Origin: Curvularia clavata
Taxonomy: Eukaryota
Assembly: GCA_023920165.1 (NCBI GenBank)
Contig: CP089275.1
Span: 5,456,001-5,520,000 of the forward strand
Reading direction: 5' to 3'
DNA: 64,000 nt
The notes under the pieces are model-generated. The model worked only from the letters and a program-made list of their open reading frames with translations, was not told the DNA's origin and did not search any database. This document shows positions 46,886 to 60,408 of the stretch, one piece after another; within the stretch, counting starts at the first letter, position 1, and each line of letters begins with the position of its first letter. The translations under genes were made by a program, and so were the position numbers.

Positions 46886-48608
46886 TCAACCAAGCAAGTC
46901 ACCCAAAGCACCGCCGGGCTTAGAGCCTGACTGCGGCGTTTGGGCAGCAGGTGTACTGGAGGTGGAAGAAGAAGAAGCAGGAGCTCCCCATAGTCCTTGA
47001 GAAGTCTTCTGCTTGGCCAAATCGCCCATGGTGACCTTTTGCGTTGGCGTAGAGGCCTTCTTTGGTGCGGCAGTAGCAAGCAAGGATGCAAAAGCGTCGC
47101 CGCCAGCTTTCTTGGGAGCAGCTCCTCCGCCAATGCGCCCGCCAGCAGACATGGCAGCTGGAGTAGAGGCTGGCTGAGCAGGAGGCTGTGGTACAGATGT
47201 GAAATAGTTTGGACCTGTCGCCTGATAACCGGTCGGCTGAGGTGGCTGGGAGACGGGCGAAACCATAGATGGAGGGCTGCTCATCTTGTTGGCAGCAGGT
47301 GGCGGCGAAACTGTGGCAAACAGATTGCTCAAGTTGTTATTCTGTGAAGCAGACTGAGCCTGTGGTGCAGCGAACTGGGTCGAGGAAGTAATCGTAGACG
47401 TAGATGCTGGAGGTGCCATGTTGAAGGCCGCGGCTGCTGGCTTGGGTGCTGGCGCTGCTGGCGCCGCAGATTGGAAATCGTCGAAATCGTCGTCGTCTCC
47501 AAAGTCATCATTTGCCGCGGCGGCAGGCTGCTTTCCAGCCGAGGTGGAGGCTGGGGCAGGCTCATCATCCCAAGCCAGGAGATCCACGACCGGCTCTGGT
47601 GCTTTCGCCTTTGGCTCCTCTTTCTTGGGCTCTTTTCGAGTTGCGGCGGGCTCCTTTCTCCTTGCAGGTGTTTGGCTCACGCTCTCACCCTCGTCATACT
47701 CATCGTACTCGTCGAATCGTTCACGTCGCTGTTGTGTGTCTGCAAAGCCAGACTGGTTGCCTCCAAAACCACCGCCATCACCGTAGACCTCCCCTCTGTA
47801 GCCTCCGTAATCTGCCGACTCGCTGCCGAATCCGCCATATCTGCTACTACCTCCTGAGAAGCCTCCACTGCCGGAGAAGCCGCCCATACCCGCGCCACCT
47901 TCGACGCCTCCAAACTTGTTCCTGTTTGCGCGAGCCTTCTTCCGTTCGGTCCGGATCCGGTCGACATCGCTGAGGAGTTCGGCCAGTTCCTTGGCGCGGT
48001 TTCGTACATTGATACCCTGATCTTTGCCGTTCTGATCGATGTAGTGAAATTGTCGCAGCATCTTGAGTAGCGAGACATGGGCACGGGCATCGTCAATCAC
48101 TCGTTCAGAACCGTGCTTGATCAGATATTCGAGAAGTTGCAAAGCCTAAGCCGTCAGCTTGAGTGATAGCATGGAGCGTCTAAAGTACCTTGTAGATTTG
48201 TCGCCATTCTTCGGAAGCCTTCTCTGTAAAGCGCTTGTAGATCATGGGCATAATCTCATTCAACAATTGGCTGCTCTGTCAGCGAAGTTCAGTATATACG
48301 TAGTGAACAGGACGTACTAGTTGAAGGTGGCATTGGCGATCTCTTGTAGCGCGGTCGAGGAGGCGCCTGGTTGGTTGTTAGCTATCACCTATGCCATGCG
48401 CGCAAGCTGCTTACCCCATGGCTCGTTGTTTGTCGCTTCGCGCACCTTGGCCTCCATCTCTGTGTAGTTCATGACGGCTAGCAGGGCGTTAGCAATGGCC
48501 AGCTGGCTTCTCTTACTTGGACGTACCATTTTGGGCTTTGCGGAAGCCTGCTTTGAGGTCGTAGAGGGTGAGGTTGGCGACCTGGTCTTTCAGGCTGTTC
48601 AGATCCAT
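46886..48608 (-). CDS. ENT3: ENTH-domain epsin-related adaptor, Ent3/EpsinR type
   Basis: MDLNSLKDQVANLTLYDLKAGFRKAQN...VMNYTEMEAKVREATNNEPWG...EEWRQIYKALQLLEYLIKHGSERV...GKDQGINVR; acidic DDDDFDDFQSA adaptor motif; four short 5' introns. Confidence 0.9.
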
Positions 48609-49530
48609 GATTGCGGGTGCTGCGCGCGCTGTCGGGGGTGATTGTTGACGTGGGGTGGGCTGGTATAGGGAGGGCAGCTCAGGAGCCTTGCTGATGGGCT
48701 CGGTAGCGGACCCCCGAGAGCGCTTTACAAACGCCGACAAAGGCGACAATGTTACAGGAGGCCCGGGAAGGCAGGATAGGTATGCAAGATGCTTAAGAAT
48801 CAACCAAAAGCTGCGTGCATATGTTAATTCTGTTTATATATTCAGATCCGCTCAATCCCATTCAATTCCGTTGTTTGGCCGAGTGACACCCAACGTTGTT
48901 CAGGACTGCACGTGACAGGCGCTTGGGCCTCTCTAACAGCACCGCAGTATGAAGCCGTTGGGTGTACAAGTACGTACTGTAGATGCAGAGACAGAAAGGC
49001 ACCGAACATGCAATATACAATGTACACGTGATGGATACATGCAGTCCACCTGAAATGCTTGTCTGAACCAATTGTCTCAGAAAATAGACACCTTTGAGCG
49101 TTGGAGCAATGGATGGCCGAATCGGGGAACGCGCTAAGTTGGCGGTTTGTGCTTAAGCTGGAGTATCCAAACTTTTCGATCTGGCCTGCCATTCAACTGC
49201 TCCGCCAGCTGCTTCGCATCAATTCGTGCCCTCAATTGTACCATATTTGTCTCTTTTACGTTTGTATCGCTGCATAGCCGTGCCATTGCACCCTCTTCTG
49301 CATACCACTGCCTCTGCACATCACCATTGGTTGTGTAATAGCCGTTGGCAGTCCATCGCCACGAGATAGCAATAGTAAGACAACGCCCTCTCGTTCCAGC
49401 TACGCCCCAGCCTCAAAGCGCCGCCCGCACGCCGGGCCAGACGCAAACAGGCTGTTATCCCACGATTCACCGCCAAGGCACATGGCTCTGACTACTTTTC
49501 AGGTTAGACTACACACCCCGCGTCTGCATC

Positions 49531-50381
49531 ATGCCCCACCTACCTCGAGCTTCTGCTCTATCTGCTTTCCGCGCAGTGCCCCAGCTCCGCGCTCCCGTCA
49601 ACAAACGCTTCTTCACTCCTTCGGCATACAACATGGCCATCAAAGCTTACTTCGACTGCACCTGGAGCGGCCCCACGGTCGAGGTCGACAACGCTGGAAA
49701 CGTCACCAAAGTTGGTGAAGTAAAAGGTATTGCTCTTTATCCTCCAGCGGCAGTCGCAAACCACGGCTTCAAGTCCTCGGCCACTGACATGTAATCCTTC
49801 TAGAGCAGTCCGGCCGCGTCAACTTTGAGCTTTTCGATGATGTCGTTCCCAAGACGGCCGAGAACTTCCGCCAGCTCTGCACCGGCGAGAAGGGCTTCGG
49901 CTACAAGGGCTCCAAGTTCCATCGCGTGATCCCCAACTTCATGCTTCAGGGTGGCGATTTCACCCGCGGCAACGTAGGTGCTTGATGAAACACAGCCAAA
50001 GGCGGCTAGCTGATAGAATACAGGGCACTGGCGGCAAGTCCATCTATGGCGACAAGTTCGCCGACGAGAACTTCAAGCTCAAGCACGACCGTCCCTTCCT
50101 TCTCTCCATGGCCAACGCCGGCCCCAACACGTATGTCTCAAGCGCAGTCGGATAACAGGTCAAAGCTGACATGTTATAGCAACGGCTCCCAATTCTTCAT
50201 CACCACCGTTATCACCTCATGGCTCGACGGCAAGCACGTCGTGTTCGGTGCCGTCCCCGAAGGCGATGTCGAGTCCTACAAGGTCGTCCGCGCCATTGAG
50301 GCTTGTGGATCGGACAGCGGTGCCATCAAGGACAAGAGCAAGCCGCCTACCATTGTTGACGCTGGCGCCGAATCAAAATAA
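49531..50381 (+). CDS. Cyclophilin-type peptidyl-prolyl isomerase with N-terminal mitochondrial presequence
   Basis: [53 protein letters not shown]...[18 protein letters not shown]...[10 protein letters not shown]; introns 49727-49803, 49974-50023, 50131-50179; second in-frame ATG at 49633. Confidence 0.96.
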
Positions 50382-51127
50382 ACATCTGGCTACGTCACGA
50401 GAGGCTACTGAGAATATGAGATGACCATAAGGGACTCTGTTTCCGCCAGGTGGGCAATGTCGATGATACTGTACGATGAAGTCAATAGCAATGAAGAAAC
50501 GATTTCTCTCCTGACTCTCTATTCGCGGACTCTCTGACCGCCTTGAGCTTCCCCACAGCCTCAACGCACCCTTTCGCTGAGATAAATTTTGTCGCGAGTG
50601 CGGGGCAACTTTACCCCGCACTCGTCATATTTCGGTGAGCTGTGCGCGACCCAACAAATTCAGCCACAGCCACCGTTGAGAAGTATGAGGACGCAAAGAT
50701 ACCAAGCACATGTATAAGCCAAGCTTGGAGTAAATAAGTACCCACTCAATGGCATCACCAACAAGTCAAAGTCGCATAGCTGCCGCTGTCGCCCCAATTT
50801 CTCCACCGGCTACAAGTCGATATCTAGCAGCATGACCGCACTCGGTAGGTAATTGTCGGGGAGCTCCACTATAGCGGCACGTAGGGTTAGATCCAGCGGC
50901 CATAGTCCGCGTTTCTGCCGAATAGGGCGCAATTTCGACATTTTAGGGAAATAGGTCATATTGCGTGCCATTGTCGTTATCAACGACACGTTGACTCGAC
51001 GGCCATTGCGGCACTCACAAGGACTGGCGACGTGGAGAACTGAAGATTTGCAACTGCTGTCCGGAATTGATTTTTGCTTGTGTTCCTTTGTTCCCTATAA
51101 AAGAGGAATTGTTTCCTTCGCAAAACA

Positions 51128-52459
51128 ATGCCGTCGTATCACCCCTCGACGCATGGCATCCACGCCGACGACCGCGTCAATGTTCTCACCGACGTCGCCC
51201 CGCCTATCCACACGTCCACTACCTTTCGCTACTCACGCAACCCAGATGATCTGAACCCAGTTCCTGATGAGGGGGAGTTTGTGGACCTGCAGACACCACT
51301 GGTGTACTCGCGTCTCGCATCGGCCAGTACCAATCGTCTCGAGACCATACTGGCGCCCCTGATGTACCCGGATGCGCGCGAGAGTGAATTTGACGGCAGC
51401 GAGGGTCTCGCAAACCACGTTGTCAGCTACACGAGCGGACTGAGTGCTTTTCATGCATTGCTCGTGACCGTGGTTCCTAAAGTTGTGGCTATCAGTGGGG
51501 GATATCATGGTTGTCACGGAGTCATTGATTTGCACAAGAAGATGCATGGTGTAAAGACAGTCGATCTTCACGCCGACGAGTCAACATGGGATGCGGCTGG
51601 GTTGGGCAAGGGCGATCTTGTTCATCTCGAGACACCCCTGAACCCTACTGGCGAAGCATTCGACATTGCAAAGTATGCAAAGCGGGCGCATGCAAGAGGG
51701 GCCTTGCTGAGTATTGATGCTACGTTCGCGCCGCCGGGTCTTCTGGACCCATTCAAATGGGGCGCTGATTTCGTTATGCACAGCGGAACCAAGTACATTG
51801 GCGGCCACAGCGACATGCTCTGTGGTATCCTCGCCACATCTGCGGGACCCGATGGCCTCAAGCGGGCGAAGACATTACGCGCTGAGCGTATCTTTCTCGG
51901 AGCCGTACTAGGTAGTCTGGAAGGCTGGCTCGGCGTGCGCAGCCTGCGTACCTTGAACCTACGTGTCCAACGTCAGTCGTCCAACGCTGAGAACCTTGTC
52001 CGTTGGCTACACGACTCGCTCGATGGAAAGGGAGACGATGCAGAGCTGGTGAAAAAAGTCGTCAGTAATGTCAAGCACGCGTCGCTTCAAACCGCGGACA
52101 TGTCGTGGCTCAAGCAGCAAATGCCGAATGGGTTCGGCCCGGTCTTCAGCATCTACATGAAGGAAATGCGGTTGGCTCGCGCGCTTCCATCGGAACTCCG
52201 ACTTTTCCACCATGCTACTAGTCTGGGTGGTGTAGAGAGCTTGATTGAGTGGCGACGGATGAGCGACACAGAAGTGGATGAGACACTGCTGCGTGTCAGT
52301 GTGGGCGTGGAGAACTGGGAGGATTTGAAGCGGGATTTATTGAGTGCTTTTGAGGCGCTGGCGAGTGGCAAGGTTACGCAGAAGGTGAATGGAGGGGACA
52401 ATGTGCAGGTTGGGCAGGAAGGTGCGAAGGTGCCAGAGGCAGGAGCGGGGGCTGTCTAA
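51128..52459 (+). CDS. Cys/Met-metabolism PLP-dependent enzyme (cystathionine gamma-synthase/lyase family)
   Basis: DVAPPIHTSTTF, YSR, ETPLNPTG, DATFAPP, PLP-lysine motif HSGTKYIGGHSD, RSLRTL, TSLGGVESL, LLRVSVGVE. Confidence 0.92.
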   Translation: MPSYHPSTHGIHADDRVNVLTDVAPPIHTSTTFRYSRNPDDLNPVPDEGEFVDLQTPLVYSRLASASTNRLETILAPLMYPDARESEFDGSEGLANHVVSYTSGLSAFHALLVTVVPKVVAISGGYHGCHGVIDLHKKMHGVKTVDLHADESTWDAAGLGKGDLVHLETPLNPTGEAFDIAKYAKRAHARGALLSIDATFAPPGLLDPFKWGADFVMHSGTKYIGGHSDMLCGILATSAGPDGLKRAKTLRAERIFLGAVLGSLEGWLGVRSLRTLNLRVQRQSSNAENLVRWLHDSLDGKGDDAELVKKVVSNVKHASLQTADMSWLKQQMPNGFGPVFSIYMKEMRLARALPSELRLFHHATSLGGVESLIEWRRMSDTEVDETLLRVSVGVENWEDLKRDLLSAFEALASGKVTQKVNGGDNVQVGQEGAKVPEAGAGAV

Positions 52460-54064
52460 GTCTCCTAGTGGTTTTTTCATCAAGTCTTTGAATTCTTCAA
52501 GTTATGATTTTTCTCATTGGAGCCATCCGGCCACCTTTTGTAGACTTGACAATACCGCATGTCGTCAATATCCAGTGCTCTCTTTGAGGATATAGAGCTA
52601 CTCCGCCTCACATTCCCACGCCTAGACCGAGATGCACACCGTGACGCCCATACAACGCCTCACTTATGATTACCCTGTTACGCCCGTATGCAACCCCGCA
52701 CGAAATTCTTGACAACTTCCATGCTCCAGGATGTCAGTGAGACGCAGTTGATGATAGAGCGCAATGGGAAATTACGAAGAGCATTGTGATACTATCCACG
52801 ATAAACATAGGACTGTAGCGTGGACATCAAAAGACCTATAAAATACTGAAGACAACTTGCAATGTCAAAGCTGCCGATGGACGGAGAATGGGAGACAGTC
52901 ACAATGCATGAAGGTTACCGTCTACACGTTCCACACAAGACAACGCGCATGTAGGTCCGCAATGCAAGATTATCAACACACGATGCGATACAGGGTTTTG
53001 ATCCTGTCAGCTTCGCATGTCCATCCATGAATGCGGTTCCGAGAGAGCCAGTGGCCATAGTGGGGAGAAGATTGTATGCTTCTCAAGGGCCGCTGTGGGC
53101 CCGCCGACGCTTTCCGCAGCCGCCACGGCCCTCCTCGCGCTCAGCAGTAGAACCATCGCACCAGAACAAAAATTTGCTTGACCCTCAGAGCATCCGATAC
53201 CGGCACTTTTGATGAGCCGCGGTGCCGCAGTGGATATAGTGGTGTCAGAAGAAAAGAAGTTGGAGGGGCTGGCCGTGATCGAGAGCGACGGCGGAGTGGC
53301 TACGCTCGGCTCTGGGCGTGGGACGCGGCATTCCATACACACGCACGTACGAGACGACGCGCGCAGAACGCCCACGCTGAAGCACGGCTGCAATGAGCAT
53401 CTCGCCGACTGTGGGGTACACAGGCATGAGAGGTCACGATGGACGCTTGATAATGGCAGCAGAAGCAAAAGAGCGCAGCCGAGGCCGACCCTGAGCTGGC
53501 ACAGTACCGTCGTGCGTGGTTGCTGGGCATACGTAGTTTGGCCAGTCTCTGCCCTCGTGGTTCTAGTGACTTCTTTCACTCGACAAGATACACTGTATTA
53601 CAGTACCTACAGTAACATTCACTCCAAACGCAATCGGCACCCGGACCATCGTCATGTCCAGGGCTCCCGCGCCCCTCTCCAGACACGGCGACTACTCCAC
53701 AGCCAGACCTACGGCATGGCTCCATCATGGCTCTGCTAGCGTGGCCAATAGGCTAGGGCCGATGCGGCTGCGTCAGTCTGGTACCATCTGGAGCATCGTC
53801 GAGTTTCACTAGCGAGCCGACGCAAGCCGAGCATTGCGCCCAGCCCTGTCCAAACAACACAACTATGATGCATGGTACGTGTATGTATATATGGCGCTCA
53901 GTGCATCATCAGAGGTCACAAGACCTCGCGATCGGCATATTTGCACCAACCCTGCTGCTACCCCGGATTCATAAGTCGTTTCACCGCGCCGACTCCGAGT
54001 ACGGTATACAGACAGTACAAGAAGCCACTGGTCCCGACTGGACTACCACCACACACCCAGCACA

Positions 54065-55546
54065 ATGTCCACCATGATGCTACGGAGACAGAACCTTCAG
54101 CGCTTCCAGAGCATTGCTCTTGCACACACTTCAAGGACCCTTTCACAGACACCCAGATACGTTCACCAGAGCGCACGCCAGAATGTATCGGTCCCGACGT
54201 CATCGTCGACTTCACACCTCCTGGCCAGCCAGCCAGAAGCCCAAGTTGCCCAGACAAAGCCCGTTCTCGGTCGTCTACCAACATCCACTGTCCTCCGCTC
54301 CTATCTCATCACCGCCATGTCTTCGCAGCCATTGTTGCTCAACGCATGCTTTGGTATCCTGAAACGCATGCTCGAGTCCAAGTCATACCTCATGAGCATT
54401 GAACGCAATCCTGTGCTTTCCAACCTTCTCAAGAAGACTTTCTATGCCCAATTCTGTGTTGGAGAGCACAAAGACGAGGTAGTGAGGAACACCGACTTTG
54501 CGAGGACCCTGGGCTACGGTGGTATCCTTTTTGAGTATGCACTTGAGGTGCTTGGCGGAGAGGCACCTTCTGCAGCTGAGACAAAGAAGGAGATTGAGGT
54601 CTGGCGAAAGGGTATGCTTCAGAGCGTCGAGATGGCTAAGGAGGGCGACTTTGTTGGACTCAAGTACGTATACGACGACAGGTGTAGCAAGACAAGCTGC
54701 TAACAATCTTCTAGATGGTCAGGTCTGGGCCGTCAAGCTTTGAAACTTCTCCAGAATCAGGAAGATGCTACCCCCGAGATGTGGGAGGCCATTACAGCGG
54801 CCTGCGATGCCGCCGCAGCCAAGGGCGTCAGCCTCCTTCCTGGCGCCGAAGAAGAGGCTACCAACCTCGGTCTTGAGAAGTGGACGCTTGCTCTGCAGAA
54901 GAAGTATAATACGCCCGAGCGAGGCCGTGCCGTTCTCTACATCACTTACCAGTGCTACCTTCGCAACATCTCTCAACGCCTAGCAAAGCACCTCGAGATG
55001 GCCTCCAAGGGCGGCTACATCGCCGGTGTCAAGCTCGTCCGCGGCGCCTACCTGACATCCGAACCCAAGCACCTCACCTTCGACACCAAGGCCGAAACCG
55101 ACGCCAACTACGACGCCTGTGCCGACGCCGTCATCCGCCAACAATGGACCGACAAGGTTCCCGCCCCTACACCCGGCACGCCCTTCCCCCGTGTCAACAT
55201 TGTCCTCGCAACTCACAACCTCGCTTCCGTCAAGGCGGCCCAAAAGATTCGCGCCTCACAGATGCTTACTACCCCATCTGAGCAACTACCGCGTCTGACA
55301 TATGCTCAGCTCCAGGGCATGGCAGATGAGATCTCTCAGGCGCTCGTCCAGGACCCGACGCTGAAGGCAGATACCCAGGCTAAGGTCGTCAAGTGCATGA
55401 CTTGGGGCACCACCGCCGAGTGTTTGAACTTTTTGCTTCGCAGGGCAAGCGAGAATAAGGAGGCTGCGCTCAGGACCGAGGATACGAGGAAGGCTATGGG
55501 TAAGGAGCTGTGGAGGCGCCTGAGGGGAGTTTTTGGGCTTGCTTGA
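54065..55546 (+). CDS. PUT1: Mitochondrial proline dehydrogenase (proline oxidase)
   Basis: Arg/Ser-rich presequence; LKKTFYAQFCVGE, TYQCYLR, GVKLVRGAY, LATHN, AQLQGMADE, FLLRRASEN; intron 54664-54714. Confidence 0.9.
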
Positions 55547-57005
55547 AACGGCTCGTCACTTTTTTCATCTTCTTTGAAATATCTTCCTTTGTGTTTCTTG
55601 TTTAAAGCGAGGCATAGCATTGAGCATGGCGTTTGTTTTGATTGGAGGGGCTAAACTTGGTGGGAAACGCCCCTGTAGAAAGTTTCATTGGCAGTTTGGG
55701 TTTTTACGATTCCAGCGAGTATTACGTTGGTTTGGAACTTTTAGCATGGCGCGTCGACCGAATTTGAGGGTCGAATCTTGAGATATCAATCTAACGTGGT
55801 TAACTTTAAGTTCTTTGCTATCGCATCTTATTGTGAATTGATGCTTTTCCGATCAGGTGCATTCTGTTCTACGGATCATATTAGGCAATGACGCTCGATG
55901 TCCTCTACTAAACCCCTAAATTGGATATCCTGCAAGAGACGCTTACGCTGCTTCACCAAACCACACCACATCCTAGAATCATCTTCATCATGCTTACAGC
56001 GTAGGACAATCACAGCCATAGACGTAGGTGTAGCAAGGAACAATGTTACAAAGGTCACACACGTTCTCTGCAGTATGGTGACGAATCATAACAAGTCCAA
56101 TAACACCGCTCTACTTACCTACTCTACGTACATACGCTAGTAGTTGGGCACAGGGCAAGTTAGGCGCATCCCCAGTGCGGGTGAGGTATTTACTAGCTTC
56201 AGGCATTAACTTGTATTCAGCTAGATAGAGAATTCAGGGTCTCTTGCTCGTACGAGGCATAGCTACCATTTTACGCGTATCTCTTCATTACAGCGGATTG
56301 GCGAGTAATACTGCCAAAGGGGCTGTTACAATGTGTTTCGGCAAAGCAATGAGTCGGGTTCTCTTGCATGTGATCCCTCCCATCTAACTGCTGAACGACT
56401 TCAAAATCAAGGCCAACGCAAATTCTTGCCACGATGCTCTGTTGTTCGCATCTCGTTGAGCAAGGTCTTGTCAAGGTAGTCAGCAGCAACGGCCTATGAG
56501 AGAAGGCATAAAGTGCATTTGTCGCCAAGGATGTTCTGCAAGCGCAACAATGGGATTCGTTCCAGCACTCTGGGAACCCACCGGCCGAGGCACTCTGCCA
56601 GACCCGAAGGACAGCGCTTATTATGTAGAGGGACATGGTGCTTACGCAGCCGCCCCAGGTAACTGCGAAGGATGACACAGCCGCACACAGCTGAACAGGC
56701 AAATGGTTCATTGCATCACATCTCAGCTCCATCCCTGCAAAGTCAGCAGCTACTTAGGCAGACAACGACGCCAAGGCCCAACTCGGCCGAATCCCCGAGT
56801 ACCTACCACCATCCATGTCCATCAACGAGGACGAGGCGAGGCTCACACGTCGCTGCGCATGATGCTCAAGGCTGAGTATATAGTAGCCTGGGCTGAGCCC
56901 CAGTTGGGGGCTGCATCTCTCCCCTCTGTAGCCACAGAGGCCGCCCATCCATTATACCCATAATATACAACTCGTTTTCCCCATTGTCAGAAATACATTG
57001 CAACA

Positions 57006-60000
57006 ATGGCTTCTGAGTCTGTCCCCATTCCACAGCCGCCCCCACATCTGCTCATTGGCAATATTGGAGCCATCGACTCAGACGATGCCCCAGGTTCCAT
57101 TAAGCGCCTTGCAGATATCTACGGCGAGATTTTCCAGCTCTATATTCCGGGCCGTCCAGGCAAAATTATCGTTGTTTCTTCGTACGACACAATAAACGAT
57201 TGCTGCGACGGAGAGCGATTTGAAAAACCAATTAATGCCACCCTTGACGAAGTGCGCGCTCTCACTGGCAATGGCCTGTTCACAGCCTATCCAGGAGAAA
57301 AGGTAAACCGAAATGTTCGCCATATAACATATCGGTACGTCTGACCATGGAGTAGGAGTGGGGAGTAGCCCATCGGCTTCTCGTACCCGTCTTTGGCCCA
57401 ATGGGCATCCGCAAAATGTTCGACGACATGATGGACATAGCAACACAGATGCTTCTTCGCTGGGACCGTTTTGGCCCCGAGCACGAGATCTCATGCAGCG
57501 ACGACTTCACACGACTAACCTTTGACATGATTGGCCTCTGCGCCTTTGGCTACCGCTTCAACAACTTCTACTCTGAGCACGCACATCCATTTGTTGAGCA
57601 AATGGTCGAAGTTCTCGTCGAGTCTGGAAGGCGAGCCACTCGCACCGGCATCGAGAATAAGCTGCGCGTCTTCGCCGAGGCGAACCGCCAGGAAAACGTC
57701 AGAAAGATGCACCAGCTTTGTGATGAGATTATCGAAGATCGCATTGCGCATCCGCAGCCAGAGGCGAGGGACTTGCTGAACCCGATGCTTGAGGGTGTCG
57801 ACAAGGAGACGGGCGAGAAGATGTCGAAAGAACTGGTAAGGTATAACATGGTTACCTTCTTGGTGGCTGGCCACGAAACAACAAGCGGTACCCTGGGATT
57901 CTTGTTCTACCACCTTCTTAAGAACCCAGAAAAGTACCTTGCTGCTCAGAAGGAGGTGGATGAAGTTCTTGGAGATGGGCCACTGGATGTAAAGCACATT
58001 CCCAAGCTAGTATACATCAAGTATGCCATTTACGAGGCGCTGAGGTTCTTGGGTCCGATTGGAATCAACGGCAAGCATGCGTTGAAGCCGACTAAAATTG
58101 CTGTAAGTTTTGATGTTTTCTTTTTTCGACTTTGGATTTGGTTTACTAAAGGCTTATAGGGCAAATACGAAGTACAGCCGGAAGATATCATCTTGATGAA
58201 CTTGAGTGGCCTGCACCACGATCCAAAGGTCTGGGGTGACGACGCCGATGTGTTCCGCCCTGAGCGATTTTTGAACGGCGGCTGGGAGAATCTGCCACGC
58301 AACGCGTGGAAGGCGTTTGGAGACGGTGTGCGAGCATGTATCGGACGCACTTTTGCTGAGCAGGAGATGATCATGACCGTGGCGCTTATTCTGCAGAAGT
58401 TCCAGGTAGAATTGGCGGACCCGGGATATCAGCTGCGTAAGAAGTCCATAGCCGCTGTTATGTTAGAGTATGGCTAATTTCGTCTACAGATGTCTCAGTC
58501 ACGATTACGCAGAAGCCCAAGGATCTCAAGATCAAGGTGCGCAGGCGACCTGGACGCACCATGGCTAGTCTGGGCGCGGTGGGCGGTACTGCTCCATCGA
58601 CAAAACCTACTGCTGCTGAGGGAAGTACCAAGGCCGCAGGAGAGGCTCCTGCCAGTGATATGAAGCCAATTACCGTACTATATGGTTCGAACTCCGGCAC
58701 TTGCAAGTCGTATGCCGAAGACCTGGAGACAAACGCTTCACGATACGGATTCAAGGCACACGTAAACAGTCTGGATTCGGCCACGGAACACATTCCCAAG
58801 GATCAGCCTATTGTCATCATCGAACCTTCGTACGAAGGCAAGCCGGCGGATAATGCGAAGAAGTTCACTGCATGGCTGGAGAGCAGCTCAGACTCGAAGA
58901 TGTTCGAGGGTGTTCAGTACGCTATGTTTGGTGTCGGCAACAGCGACTGGACGCATACCTACCATCGCGTACCCAAATTGACAGACGAGTTGTTTGAGAA
59001 GATGGGAGCAAAGCGGTTCGTCGAGAGTGGTTTCGTCAACGTCAAGGAAGACATCATGGGCCCTTGGGAGAGCTGGTCAGAGCAGATGTGGACAAGTCTT
59101 AGGGAGGCAAGCGGTACAACGACTGAAGTCCTTGGTGGAACACTCCAGACTGAAATCACGACACCCAAATTTGCAACCTACCTTGGAGGCAAGGATATAG
59201 CGTATGGACGAGTCAAAGTTAACAAAGACTTGGGCGGTGCTGAGGTCGGTCTCGCCAAAAAGCACATGGAGATTGAGCTCCCACCTGGCTCATCGTACCG
59301 TTCAGGAGACTACATGGTCGTCCTGCCGCTGAACAGTAACGTCACTGTAAAGCGAGTTATGAAGCGCTTCGAGCTTTCTCCAGACGACCACATCTCCATC
59401 ACTGGAACGAACAAGACGTTCCTTGCGACTGAGGCACCAGCAGCCATCTACGAAATCCTCATGACGCGCGTGGAGCTCAGCACTCCCATCTCGCAGAAGC
59501 AGTTGCAGATTCTTGCAGACGCAACTCCCGAAGACAAGCGTGCCAGCCTGATAGAGCTCGCCAGCGACGAAGTCTTCAAGACTAAAGTCATCCCCAAACG
59601 CTACAGCGTCCTCGACGTCCTCGAAGACCATCCAGACTGCAAACTCCCCTTCTCCGCCTACCTTGACCTCCTCAAACCCTTGTCTCCCCGCCAATACAGC
59701 ATTTCCAGCTCACCGCTCGCCAACATCGACTTTATGGCCGCACCCGACGGCTCAACGATCCAACGCCTCACCGCCTCCATAACCTACGACGTGCACGACG
59801 AAGCCGCCTGGAGCGGTTCCGACCGCCGCTTCCACGGCGTCGCCTCGACTTACCTCGCCCGCACGGAACCCGGCGAGAAAATCAAATGCTTCACGCGCCC
59901 GACAAACATCAACTTCCACCTTCCCTCGGACCCCACCACGCCCGTCATCATGATCTGCGCCGGCTCCGGTATCGCCCCCATGCGCGGCTTCCTACAGGAA

Positions 60001-60408
60001 CGCTCCACCATCAAGAAAGCCCGCAACGCTGCTCTGGGCCCCGCCATCTTGTACTTTGGATGCCGCCACTACGAGGAAGATTTCATCTACGCTGACGAAC
60101 TCGCGCAGTGGGAGGCTGAGGGCGTGGTTAGTGTGCGGGGCTGCTTTTCCAAAGTCGCGCCTGAGGGACAGAAGGCGCAGCGTGTTCCCGATCGCATGTG
60201 GGACGAAAGAAAGGAGATTGCGGAGTTGTTTGGAGAAAAGGGGGCCAAGCTGTTGCTGTGTGGTAGTGCGAGTAAGTTGGCGAGGAGTACGGGCGAGGTT
60301 TGTATGAAAATTTTTAGAGACAAGTTTCCTGAGAAGACGCAGGAGGAGGCGGAGAGGTGGCTGGAGAAGATTAAGGAGGATAGGTATGTTAGTGATGTTT
60401 TTGAGTAG
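57006..60408 (+). CDS. Self-sufficient cytochrome P450/NADPH-P450 reductase fusion (CYP505/P450foxy type)
   Basis: GNGLFTA, AGHETT, EALR, FRPERF, heme FGDGVRACIG; FMN domain LYGSNSGTC; PRQYSISSSP, GVASTYL, AGSGIAPMRGF, YFGCR; ends RYVSDVFE; introns 57303-57355, 58103-58159, 58437-58489. Confidence 0.95.

Noticed and set aside
50881..50890. TAGGGTTAG (also TAACCCTA near 23247) as telomerase RNA template or telomere seed
   Set aside because: Single short matches in small intergenic gaps; no other supporting elements seen.
53007..53739. Overlapping 190-aa (-) and 176-aa (+) ORFs upstream of PUT1
   Set aside because: No domain-like sequence or codon bias; probably chance ORFs in a GC-rich promoter.
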